Counted from the stretch's first letter, positions 27,448-36,290 are shown. The stretch: DNA of 42,279 bases from Candidatus Udaeobacter sp. (GCA_035258625.1 DATFXC010000150.1:1-42279), one strand, 5' to 3'. Translations and numbers: made by a program. The notes: a model not told the origin generated them from the sequence alone.

Positions 27448-30147
27448 ATGATTGAAACGGAGCGGCCCGATCCAGACGCACTTCTCGCGCAGATGAAGCG
27501 CGCAGAAGCAAAGTCCACTCGCGGCAAGCTCAAGATCTTCTTTGGGATGTCGCCGGGCGTTGGGAAGACGTACGCGATGCTTCAGGCTGCGCGCCAAAAG
27601 CAAGTCGAAGGCTGCGAGGTGGTGGTGGGTATTGTCGAGACTCACGGGCGCAAAGACACGGAGGCATTACTCGAAGGAATGCCAATCATGCCGCGGCTGC
27701 AGGTCGAATACCGCGGCACCACACTTACCGAAATGGATCTGGATGCGATTCTGACCTGGCATCCCGAACTCGCAGTGGTTGATGAGCTCGCGCACACCAA
27801 CGCGCCCGGCTCGCGTCATCCAAAACGTTATCAGGACGTGCTCGAGCTGCTGGATGCGGGTATCAATGTTTATACGACGCTTAACGTCCAGCACGTCGGC
27901 AGTCGCAGCGACACGGTTCGCCAAATCACCGGTGCGCCGGTCAGTGAGACCGTTCCCGATTCGGTTCTCGATCTGGCGGATGAAATTGTTCTGGTCGATC
28001 TGACACCCGAACAACTTTTGTCGCGGCTAGCCGAGGGAAAAGTTTATCTCGGCGAACGCGCAGAATGGGCGGCAAAAAATTTCTTTCGGGAGAGCAACCT
28101 TACCGCTTTGCGTGAAATGGCGCTGCGCGTCGTTGCAGAGCACGTGGACCGCGATCTGCGCGAGATCATGTCGCAGCAAAGAATACCGGGTCCGTGGAAA
28201 AGCGCCGATCGGCTGCTGGTCGCTGTCAGCGCCAGTCCGTACTCGGAGCGATTGATCCGGTATACCCGGAGGTTGGCCTCGTCGATGGAGGCGTCATGGA
28301 TTGTGGTGAACATCGAAGGGCCCCGGTTGCTTTCGCAGGAGGAACAAACGCGACTAACTCGCTATATCGCGCTGGCGCGGCAGCTCGGCGCGGAGGTGAT
28401 TACGACTCCGGGCAGGGATGTTGCTGAAGCGTTGCTGCGTGTCGCCCGACAAAACAATGTTACGCAAATCATAATGGGGAAACCGCTGGGGACGCCGTGG
28501 TTTAGTTTTTTTAAGCCTGATCTGTTGCGCTGGCTCATGCGCCATAGCGGCAACATCGATATTCACATGATTCCGTCCGAAGAAGGCGCACAGCCGAGAC
28601 GTGATTCGCTCGAGGAACGTCTGGCGCGCACGCCTTGGCAGGAGTTTGGAATCGCGCTTGGGATCGCGGTTGTCGTGACGGGCTTCTCATTGTCAGTCTT
28701 TAATTACATTGGTTATTGGGCAGTCGCGCTCTTCTATTTGTTCGCAGTCGTAATCGCTGGAATGCGATTGCGTCGCTGGCCCACATTTTTCCTGGCTGCA
28801 CTTAGCGCGCTGCTCTGGAACTTTCTGTTCATTCCGCCACGCTTCACGTTTTACATCAGCAAATTCGAAGACTTCATGATGTTCGGCGCTTACTTCGTCA
28901 TCGCTGTTGTCATCGGACATCTGGCGACCCAATTGCACGAACGCGAACAAGCCGAACGCCGCCGGGAAGAACGTGCCACCGCTTTGTATCGTTTGACACG
29001 TGCGCTAGCTGCTAGCCGTGATCTTAGTGAAGCCCTTCCCAAAGTGTTGCAGTTGATCAGAGATTTCTTTGAGGCGGATGCAGCAGTTTGGTTTCGTGAT
29101 GACAATGGCCTGACCCAACATCCCGCGAGCACGTTTGTGCCGTCCAAAAAGGACGAAAGCGTCGCAATGTGGGCCTTTCAAAAAAAACAAGCCGCCGGAA
29201 AATCAACGGATACTCTTCCTGATTCAGAATGCTTGCACATTCCGCTGGTCGCCGGTGATCGCGCTGAGGGCGTGCTAAGTGTGCGGCTAAAGACCTTGCC
29301 CACCCTGGAGCAGCGCGAATTACTCGATGCATTCGCTGCGCAACTCGCTGTTTTTGTGAACAAGGAACGCGCCCTGCAGGAGAGCCGCGAAGCTCAGGTC
29401 GCCCGCGAATCGCAGAAACTACAAAAGGTGCTTTTCGATTCCGTGTCGCATGAGTTAAAGACGCCACTCGCCGCGATGAGCGCCGCATTGCAACAACCAT
29501 GCCCCAATAGCTCTGAGTTACAACAAGCGGTGCGGCGTCTGACCCACACAGTCGATAATTTGCTCGACGCAACGCGTCTGGAATCTGGTCTTCTCCAACC
29601 GGTCCGCGAGTGGTGCGACCCAGGCGAGCTTGTGCACGAAGCGGTTACCGCTTCAGGATTGAAAGAAGGCGACGTGCAAATCAACATCGCAAACAACCTA
29701 CCGGCGGTATCTGTGGACTCAGGCCTGATTCAGCAGGCGTTCAATGCATTGCTCTCGAACGCGATCAGTTATGGCAAAAGCGATCAACCGATTGAAGTGA
29801 ACGCCACCCGCGATGATTCCATGCTGGTCATTTCGGTTGCCGATCGGGGCGTTGGTCTCGAGGCGGGAGAAGAAACAAGAATATTCCAAAAGTTTTATCG
29901 TGGTCCGCGCTCTCGACCTGGTGGTATCGGCCTCGGTTTGTCGATTGCGCGACAATTGGTCGAGGCGAATGGCGGTGAGATTGTTGCGCAGAACCGTCAG
30001 GGCGGCGGTGCGGTCTTTTCCATTCGTTTACCTGTCAGCGAAGCAATGCGACTTCCTTCTGGGGAATCTGTGTCGCTAGGAGAAGTTATGGAGGCGGATG
30101 GATCCGCCGTTAAGGTTGCAGCGGCGCGGGTTTCATCTGCTAAATGA
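27448..30147 (+). CDS. kdpD: sensor histidine kinase KdpD
   Basis: N-terminal KdpD domain (GKLKIFFGMSPGVGKTYAML), USP-like segment, four TM helices, GAF-like region, H-box SVSHELKTPL, and HATPase G-boxes (DRGVGL, GIGLGLSIA). Confidence 0.95.
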   Translation: MIETERPDPDALLAQMKRAEAKSTRGKLKIFFGMSPGVGKTYAMLQAARQKQVEGCEVVVGIVETHGRKDTEALLEGMPIMPRLQVEYRGTTLTEMDLDAILTWHPELAVVDELAHTNAPGSRHPKRYQDVLELLDAGINVYTTLNVQHVGSRSDTVRQITGAPVSETVPDSVLDLADEIVLVDLTPEQLLSRLAEGKVYLGERAEWAAKNFFRESNLTALREMALRVVAEHVDRDLREIMSQQRIPGPWKSADRLLVAVSASPYSERLIRYTRRLASSMEASWIVVNIEGPRLLSQEEQTRLTRYIALARQLGAEVITTPGRDVAEALLRVARQNNVTQIIMGKPLGTPWFSFFKPDLLRWLMRHSGNIDIHMIPSEEGAQPRRDSLEERLARTPWQEFGIALGIAVVVTGFSLSVFNYIGYWAVALFYLFAVVIAGMRLRRWPTFFLAALSALLWNFLFIPPRFTFYISKFEDFMMFGAYFVIAVVIGHLATQLHEREQAERRREERATALYRLTRALAASRDLSEALPKVLQLIRDFFEADAAVWFRDDNGLTQHPASTFVPSKKDESVAMWAFQKKQAAGKSTDTLPDSECLHIPLVAGDRAEGVLSVRLKTLPTLEQRELLDAFAAQLAVFVNKERALQESREAQVARESQKLQKVLFDSVSHELKTPLAAMSAALQQPCPNSSELQQAVRRLTHTVDNLLDATRLESGLLQPVREWCDPGELVHEAVTASGLKEGDVQINIANNLPAVSVDSGLIQQAFNALLSNAISYGKSDQPIEVNATRDDSMLVISVADRGVGLEAGEETRIFQKFYRGPRSRPGGIGLGLSIARQLVEANGGEIVAQNRQGGGAVFSIRLPVSEAMRLPSGESVSLGEVMEADGSAVKVAAARVSSAK

Positions 30148-30821
30148 ATCCCGTCGCGCTAATTATTGACGACGAGGTTCAGATCCGGCGGTTGCTGCGG
30201 CTCGTTCTTGAGGGCGAGAACTACAAGGTGTATGAAGCCGAGACCGGACAGCAGGGGCTAATGGAAATCGCCACGCGCAAACCGGACGCAGTCCTGCTGG
30301 ATCTCGGCCTGCCGGACCTTGATGGACTGCAGATACTAAAACGCTTGCGAGAATGGAGCGAAGTCGCGGTCATTGTGCTGACCGTGCGCGATGATGTGCA
30401 GGAAAAAGTGGCGGCGCTGGATGCTGGCGCGGACGATTACATCACCAAGCCATTTAGTACTCCTGAATTGCTTGCGCGCCTCCGCGCCGCTCAACGCAAG
30501 ACACGGCCGTCCGAAGAAGTCTCAGTATTTAAAAATGGTGATTTGGTCGTCGATCTTACGGCGCATGTGGTCACGCGCGCAGGCCGTGAAATTAAATTGT
30601 CCGCCACCGAATATGCGTTGCTCCGCTTATTCGTGAAACACCCGGGACGCGTTCTCACGCATCGCCACATCTTACGCGAAATCTGGGGCCCGAAGTCCGA
30701 GGAGCATCGACAATACCTGCGTGTTTACGTCACGCATCTGCGCCAAAAGATCGAGACCGATCCGGCAAAACCGTCTTTAATTCAGACTCAGCCCGGGATT
30801 GGTTACCGGTTCACAGGTTAA
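30144..30821 (+). CDS. kdpE: OmpR-family response regulator KdpE
   Basis: Receiver domain (LIIDDE...LLDLGLPDLDG...KP) plus a winged-helix output (LSATEYALLRLF...GIGYRF). The ATGA overlaps the kdpD stop. Confidence 0.9.
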   Translation: MNPVALIIDDEVQIRRLLRLVLEGENYKVYEAETGQQGLMEIATRKPDAVLLDLGLPDLDGLQILKRLREWSEVAVIVLTVRDDVQEKVAALDAGADDYITKPFSTPELLARLRAAQRKTRPSEEVSVFKNGDLVVDLTAHVVTRAGREIKLSATEYALLRLFVKHPGRVLTHRHILREIWGPKSEEHRQYLRVYVTHLRQKIETDPAKPSLIQTQPGIGYRFTG

Positions 30822-30833
30822 GCCGGCTCCGCA

Positions 30834-32804
30834 TTGCCCGAGAAAGCGCTTGCCATCGAGCGCGCGTACAATCGAGAGTCACTGCCTACACCGATGGCGC
30901 AGCTAATAGACGATGTTGTTCTCGATGCGAGTGCGGGCGTCCATCGGCCTCGCAACCTGGATTGGAAACGCGCCGCCGCTTTGCTCTACGGCGATTGGGG
31001 AACCAGCAAAGCATATGTAATTGGGCTCGCGTTTCTCGCTGCCGGATTTTCATCTCTACCAATCATTCTTGCAGTCTGCGCTGTGACTGCGCTCGTCGGG
31101 ATCAATTACATCGTCATCTGTCGTCACTTCCCCGATGGCGGCGGTGTCTACTCATCCGCACGTTCACAGGGACGCTTGCTAGCCGTGGTAGGGGCCCTAT
31201 TGCTCGTTGCTGACCTGACAGTAACGGCCGCTCTGAGCGGTTGGTCAGCGCTGAGCTACATCACATCAGGCACTGAGGACATCGTTTGGATCAAGTTCAT
31301 GCGCGACCACATCGCGTTCACAACGATCGGTGTGCTTTTGGTCATGGGGTTAATTAATTTTCTCGGGCCGAAACATTCCGGAAGTTTTGCGGTAGCGCTG
31401 GCGCTGCCGACGGCAGTAGTAGTGGTGGTTTTGATCGCGCTCAGTGCGCCGCATTTGACCACGCGATTTCTCGAGCGACCGCATCAGAGTTTCACCACTG
31501 TTTGGGTGCAGTTTGTTGGTGTGATCCTGGCCTTATCAGGTGCGGAGTCGATCGCGAACCTCACCGGCGTGATGAAACTCGACCCGGGATCGACGATGGA
31601 GCATCCAAGCGTTGGGCGTGAGTCGCTGAAGGCAATCTTGCCTATTGCCATCGAAGTCGTCTTCGGCACGGCGCTTCTTGGATGGGCAATGCTTTCGCTG
31701 CCGACCGTGCTTGGTAAAACGCTGCATATAACTGACGAAGGCACGATCGCCACAGTTCTTAACCAGAGAAGTGAAGACATGTTGCGCTTTGTCGGGGAAG
31801 AATTTGCAGCCGCGACGTTTTCGCCGGCTGTCGGACAAGTCTTCGGCTGGGTTGTCGGAATTGTCTTTTGCCTGCTGCTTTTGAGCGCAGCCAATACAGC
31901 GATCGTAGCGATGATCGGTCTGCTGTACATGATGTCGCGTGATCGTGAGATGCCCCGGCAATTTCGCCGGCTGAACCGGCACGGTGTTCCGGTGTGGCCG
32001 CTCGTGATTGCCGTCGGCCTGCCGGTCGTGGTGCTGCTTTTTGCAGCAGATTTCAGCGCGCTTGCCGGTCTTTACGCGATTGGAGTCGTTGGCGCGATCA
32101 CGGTGAACCTCGGCTCCTGCACATTCAATCGGAATGTAGATTTCACCTGGTACGATCGTGTGCTCTTTGGTATCACGTTTGTGATTTTGGCTTTCGTCGA
32201 GCTGACGCTGGCTCACACGAAAGTCGATGCGCTTCAATTTGTGCTCGCGATTTTGATCGGCGGCCTCGCGTTGCGTGCCTACACATTGAAACGGCAGGGT
32301 CTCACAACGCTAACGGTTACGCGCGAGGTTGCCAAGATGGTTACGCCCGACCTCGTGACCAGTATGCGACCACGGCTGGAGGAAGGGCAAAAAATCCTGG
32401 TCGCTGCGCGTGGTATGACACCGGTGCTCACTTTTGCCCTTGAAGAGGCGGAACTGCGCAAGGCGACGTTATGTGTTCTTTACGTTAGAGAGATCGCTGT
32501 TTTCTACGGCGGCAGCCCGATAACGCCTATGCGTGGCCGTTGGCAGGATAACCCAGAGGCGGCAGCAATCATGTCGATGATGCTTAAACTTGGCGCCGAG
32601 CGCGGCATCACAGTCCTGCCGGTTTATGCAGTGAGCGACGATGCCGTCACGACGATTTTAGATCTCGCTGCCACGCTGGGCGTTGATTATCTCGTTATTG
32701 GCGCATCGCAACGCTCGGCGATGACAAAGTTACTCCGCGGCAGCGTGGCTACTAATGTTGCCCAGCAATTGCCTGATTCGATTCACTTGATCATTTACGG
32801 ATGA
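30834..32804 (+). CDS. APC-superfamily permease fused to a C-terminal universal-stress-protein (USP) domain; candidate K+ transporter
   Basis: About 12 TM helices with the APC hallmark FPDGGGVYSSAR. TM1 reads AALLYGDWGTSKAYV (compare Kup VVYGDIGTSPLY). The tail ILVAARGMTP...LCVLYV...DYLVIGASQRSAMTKLLRGSVATNV is USP-like. An alternative ATG lies at 30894. Confidence 0.8.
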   Translation: MPEKALAIERAYNRESLPTPMAQLIDDVVLDASAGVHRPRNLDWKRAAALLYGDWGTSKAYVIGLAFLAAGFSSLPIILAVCAVTALVGINYIVICRHFPDGGGVYSSARSQGRLLAVVGALLLVADLTVTAALSGWSALSYITSGTEDIVWIKFMRDHIAFTTIGVLLVMGLINFLGPKHSGSFAVALALPTAVVVVVLIALSAPHLTTRFLERPHQSFTTVWVQFVGVILALSGAESIANLTGVMKLDPGSTMEHPSVGRESLKAILPIAIEVVFGTALLGWAMLSLPTVLGKTLHITDEGTIATVLNQRSEDMLRFVGEEFAAATFSPAVGQVFGWVVGIVFCLLLLSAANTAIVAMIGLLYMMSRDREMPRQFRRLNRHGVPVWPLVIAVGLPVVVLLFAADFSALAGLYAIGVVGAITVNLGSCTFNRNVDFTWYDRVLFGITFVILAFVELTLAHTKVDALQFVLAILIGGLALRAYTLKRQGLTTLTVTREVAKMVTPDLVTSMRPRLEEGQKILVAARGMTPVLTFALEEAELRKATLCVLYVREIAVFYGGSPITPMRGRWQDNPEAAAIMSMMLKLGAERGITVLPVYAVSDDAVTTILDLAATLGVDYLVIGASQRSAMTKLLRGSVATNVAQQLPDSIHLIIYG

Positions 32805-32805
32805 T

Positions 32806-32914
32806 CTGTAGCCACCGGTTCGCCACAGGACGAATCCGTCCAGTGTGCGGACCTGTTGCCGGTCTGCTCGCGACAAAAAGAAGAAGTGAACGGCCCATAG
32901 GACCGTGGCTACAG
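32806..32914. repeat. 109-nt intergenic element bounded by 10-bp terminal inverted repeats CTGTAGCCAC...GTGGCTACAG (REP/MITE-like), copy A
   Basis: The TIRs are read directly. Internal hairpin GGACG-aatc-CGTCC. The right arm CGGCCCATAGGACCGTGGCTACAG is the reverse complement (22/24) of the left arm of copy B. It is followed by the palindrome GCCACGTGGC (32917-32926). Confidence 0.8.
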
Positions 32915-32926
32915 GTGCCACGTGGC

Positions 32927-33865
32927 CTATTTCTTGATTCCGAAGAATGCTTCGAGCGCTCGCGTTCCCAGCGCTTTCCAGATCTTAATCACTTCATAGG
33001 TGATGACTGTGGTGAACGTCACAGCGAACCAAACAAGAACTGCTTCGATCGGCAGGCCCGACCACGCTCCAATGTGCAGCCCCATCATGGTACGAGGCCG
33101 ATATTCCCACCAACCATAAGGCAACGCGAGCGTCGCTTCCCATAGCAAGCTGATCAACAGCAACAGAAAGAACGTAAAACTGAATGCGCGCCAGTTGATG
33201 AATGGTCTCGCGGTGTGGAAAAAGCCCGCGGATGGAATCAGCGATGCGCAGACGAGATAAATGAAATACCACGGGAAACCTTCTGGCGCGCCGGAAAAAA
33301 ACTTTCGATACACAATCGCAGCTGCGATCAGCACAACTCCAAGTGCGACAGACGCAAAATGAAAACGAACGATCCGCGGTATGTTTTCAGCTGTCGCGGC
33401 GCAATCGCGCACGTTATACGCCGCCATCCAGTATTCATCGCCCCAAATATAACTCAGCAGCACCAGCATGAACCCGGCGAGATAAAAAACGAATTCTTCA
33501 ATCGGAATCGCTCCACCCACGGCCGGTACTTCCAAACCGAGAGTGGCCGATTTATTTGGGAAAACGAAGAAAGCGTTGCCAAACAACAGATCGAGCAAGA
33601 AACCGAGTGGCGTTAACACCGCGATCGTTCGCGAGAACGCTTTTCTCGGAAACTGCAAATCGGGTCGACAGGCAAACCACCAACCGAGCGCGCCGATCGG
33701 GATGATGAACAACAGCAGGCTCCACGTGTATCCAAGCGGCGTCGGGTTATCCGATGTGGCTTGCAAAATGACGGGATGGATGACCGTCCGCAACGTGAGC
33801 GCAGCTGGAATGACAAGCGTGGCTACGATTGCAAAAATTACAAGGAACGCTCTCCGCTCTTGCAT
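32927..33865 (-). CDS. lycopene-cyclase-domain membrane protein (two fused CrtYc/d-like repeats)
   Basis: Polytopic; has the repeated motif P-I-E-E/A (GAIPIEEFVFYLAGF and GLPIEAVLVWFAVTF) typical of the heterodimeric-type lycopene cyclase domain. Start taken at MQERRAF; the track start is 33886. Confidence 0.6.
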   Translation of the reverse strand: MQERRAFLVIFAIVATLVIPAALTLRTVIHPVILQATSDNPTPLGYTWSLLLFIIPIGALGWWFACRPDLQFPRKAFSRTIAVLTPLGFLLDLLFGNAFFVFPNKSATLGLEVPAVGGAIPIEEFVFYLAGFMLVLLSYIWGDEYWMAAYNVRDCAATAENIPRIVRFHFASVALGVVLIAAAIVYRKFFSGAPEGFPWYFIYLVCASLIPSAGFFHTARPFINWRAFSFTFFLLLLISLLWEATLALPYGWWEYRPRTMMGLHIGAWSGLPIEAVLVWFAVTFTTVITYEVIKIWKALGTRALEAFFGIKK

Positions 33866-33897
33866 GCGACGAAAGTTTAAGCACAACCGGCCTTAAC

Positions 33898-33918
33898 TTT
33901 TAAGATTTAAGTTTTAAG
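33898..33918. repeat. three perfect tandem heptamers (TTTTAAG ATTTAAG TTTTAAG) in a divergent promoter region
   Basis: Read directly. A fourth GTTTAAG lies at 33875-33881. Confidence 0.7.
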
Positions 33919-33967
33919 TTTGGCACACGCTTGCCTCTGTGGTTAGAACCTGAACAGCAACTCTGCC

Positions 33968-35560
33968 GTGACTCCGCCTAAGGTCCTCATCGCCGATTCC
34001 ATTTCGCAACGTGGAGTGGATGAACTCGCGCGCGAGAACGCGCTGCAGGTCACGGTTAAAACCGGCTTGAACGAGCGCGAACTCGTCGAATTAATACCGC
34101 CATTCAGCGCGCTTGTGGTTCGCAGCCAGACCAAGGTCACCGCCAAAATTCTGAATGCCGCTAACAAACTGCGTGTGGTGGGCCGAGCCGGAGTCGGAGT
34201 GGATAATGTGGATGTTGAAGCAGCGACCCGCCGGGGCGTCGTCGTGTTGAACGCGCCGGGAGGAAATACGATTTCGACTGCCGAGCACGCGTTCTCGTTA
34301 TTGCTCTCTGTCGCGCGCAAGATTCCGCAGGCCGACGCAAATGTTCGTAGCAAGGCGTGGGACAAAAAGAATTTCGAAGGCGTCGAGCTCTATAACAAGA
34401 CGCTGGGAGTAATCGGCATGGGCCGCATCGGCAGCGAACTGAGTCGGCGCGCAATCAGTTTTGGTATGCGCGTGGTTGCTTACGATCCTTATCTCTCCGC
34501 GACACGCGCACGTAGTCTGCAGGTAGAACTCGTAGATGAACTCGACGATTTGCTTGCCGGTGCCGATTTCATCTCGCTGCACACGCCGCTTACGGCTGAG
34601 ACACACCACATTCTCGATGCCGTGCGGTTAATGAAGACAAAGCGCGGCGTACGCATCATCAATTGCGCTCGAGGCGGTTTGGCCGATGAAGCGGCGCTGG
34701 CGCAGGCGTTGCGAGACGGTCAGGTTGCGGGCGCGGCGTTGGATGTTTTCGAAACTGAACCGCTGCCGGCCGATTCGCCTTTGCGCGGTGCGCCCAATGT
34801 TGTTCTTACGCCGCACTTGGGCGCATCGACGGCGGAAGCGCAGGAGAGCGTGGGTATTGAAATTGCGCAATCGATCCGCGCCGTGTTGCTCGAAGGCACG
34901 ATCCGTAACGCAGTGAACATGCCGAATCTCGACGCGAAGACACTGGCGATCATCGGACCGCATCTGCGTTTTGGCGAAAGGCTGGGCAAATTCTTGTCGC
35001 AGATCGCGCCGAAACGCGCGGAGTCGCTGAACATCAATTATAGCGGCAAGGTGAACGAAGTTGATACGACGGCAATCACCCGCGCTGCGCTGAAAGGCTT
35101 CCTGCAAGTCGCCGGCGGCAGCGAAATCAACGAAGTGAATGCGCCTGCGTTTGCCGAAACTCTCGGTTTGAAAGTGAGCGAATCACGCCTGAGCGCGCCC
35201 GGCGATTACACAGACATGCTCGAACTGTCTGCCGCTGGCGAAGGCAGAACCGTTTCAGTGGGTGGCGCATTCTTCGGCGCCACGCCGCGAATTGTGAGCA
35301 TCAACAGCCGACCGGTCGAAGCCCGACCACAGGGCGTGGTGCTCGTGCTGGAAAATACGGATCGTCCAGGAATGGTTGGGCGGATCGGCACGCTCCTCGG
35401 CGAGCATGGCGTAAATATCGCCACGATGTCGCTCAGCCGAAATCAGGCCGGCGGTACCGCACTCACGGTGCTAAATCTCGACACCGCTCCGAGCGAACAG
35501 CTGCTCGACGAAATTCGCGCAAGCCACGACATTCGCTCCGCTCAGGTGATCCAACTGTAG
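33968..35560 (+). CDS. serA: D-3-phosphoglycerate dehydrogenase, long form with ASB and ACT domains
   Basis: KVLIADSIS start, NAD-binding site GVIGMGRIGSEL, catalytic region NCARGG...TPHLGAST, and a C-terminal ACT-like segment (VLENTDRPGMVGRIGTLLGEHGVNIATMSL). Confidence 0.95.
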   Translation: MTPPKVLIADSISQRGVDELARENALQVTVKTGLNERELVELIPPFSALVVRSQTKVTAKILNAANKLRVVGRAGVGVDNVDVEAATRRGVVVLNAPGGNTISTAEHAFSLLLSVARKIPQADANVRSKAWDKKNFEGVELYNKTLGVIGMGRIGSELSRRAISFGMRVVAYDPYLSATRARSLQVELVDELDDLLAGADFISLHTPLTAETHHILDAVRLMKTKRGVRIINCARGGLADEAALAQALRDGQVAGAALDVFETEPLPADSPLRGAPNVVLTPHLGASTAEAQESVGIEIAQSIRAVLLEGTIRNAVNMPNLDAKTLAIIGPHLRFGERLGKFLSQIAPKRAESLNINYSGKVNEVDTTAITRAALKGFLQVAGGSEINEVNAPAFAETLGLKVSESRLSAPGDYTDMLELSAAGEGRTVSVGGAFFGATPRIVSINSRPVEARPQGVVLVLENTDRPGMVGRIGTLLGEHGVNIATMSLSRNQAGGTALTVLNLDTAPSEQLLDEIRASHDIRSAQVIQL

Positions 35561-35628
35561 CCACGGCCCTATGGGCTGTCTCTCGGGGCGCTGCGGTGGT
35601 AAAACGCGCCACAGGCGCGTGGCTACAG
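35555..35628. repeat. 74-nt element bounded by 11-bp terminal inverted repeats CTGTAGCCACG...CGTGGCTACAG, copy B
   Basis: Read directly. The TAG inside the left TIR (35558-35560) is the serA stop codon. Internal hairpins GCCC-tat-GGGC and CGCGCC-aca-GGCGCG. Confidence 0.8.
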
Positions 35629-35697
35629 TATTGATTGCTTCAATCCAAACCAATTTCCTTGCCGCGCGCGATTTAATCCAGTAAAACGCGGTTCACT

Positions 35698-35949
35698 ATG
35701 GCTATCCTTTCGACTATTCTTGTCGGCCTTATCGTTGGCGCAATCGCGAAGCTATTGATGCCGGGAAAAGATCCTGGTGGTTTTATCATCACAATCCTAC
35801 TCGGCATCGCTGGCGCATTCATTGCCACTTACATCGGCCAGGCGATTGGCTGGTACAAGGCCGGGCAACCAGCGGGCTGGATTATGTCAATCGTCGGCGC
35901 CATGATCCTGTTGTTGCTATATCGAGTGATCTTTAAGCGTAAAACGTAA
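35698..35949 (+). CDS. GlsB/YeaQ/YmgE-family stress-response membrane protein
   Basis: ILVGLIVGAIAKLLMPGKDPGGFIITILLGIAGAFIATYIG is the family signature. Confidence 0.85.
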   Translation: MAILSTILVGLIVGAIAKLLMPGKDPGGFIITILLGIAGAFIATYIGQAIGWYKAGQPAGWIMSIVGAMILLLLYRVIFKRKT

Positions 35950-35978
35950 GCACGCGCCGTGTAAAATCTGTTTGCACT

Positions 35979-36239
35979 ATGGACTTCAGCGCTCATTCAA
36001 TCATCTGGACTATTCTTGTTGGTCTCGTTGTCGGCGCGATCGCAAAGCTTCTGATGCCGGGCAAAGATCCCGGCGGTTGCATCATCACGATTCTGCTCGG
36101 TATCGCAGGCGCGTTGGTAGGGACATGGATCGGTCGCATCTTTGCGGGCAGTAATTACGTCGCCGGCTGGATCATGTCGGTCGTCGGCGCCATGATTCTG
36201 TTGCTGCTCTATCGATTGCTTTTCAAACGCGGCGCGTAG
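35979..36239 (+). CDS. GlsB/YeaQ/YmgE-family stress-response membrane protein (tandem paralog)
   Basis: ILVGLVVGAIAKLLMPGKDPGGCIITILLGIAGALVGTWIG; by eye about 70% identical to the upstream copy. Confidence 0.85.
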   Translation: MDFSAHSIIWTILVGLVVGAIAKLLMPGKDPGGCIITILLGIAGALVGTWIGRIFAGSNYVAGWIMSVVGAMILLLLYRLLFKRGA

Positions 36240-36290
36240 GTAGGGAGATCGCGCTGCGATGTCCGGACGGCGCAGCGCGTCGTCCCTACC
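36239..36290. repeat. long imperfect hairpin (8 bp + 3-nt internal mismatch + 9 bp) abutting the stop codon; REP-like, possible transcript-end structure
   Basis: GGTAGGGA-gat-CGCGCTGCG-[atgtccggacgg]-CGCAGCGCG-tcg-TCCCTACC. No downstream T-tract. Confidence 0.6.

Noticed and set aside
31536-32237. 233-aa antisense ORF inside the APC-USP permease gene
   Set aside because: Same reasoning: the sense frame is a clear polytopic permease, and the antisense product is basic and low-complexity.
33921-33934. Sigma-54-like motif TGGCACacgcTTGC upstream of serA
   Set aside because: The GG-to-GC spacing is 9 nt instead of the strictly required 10.
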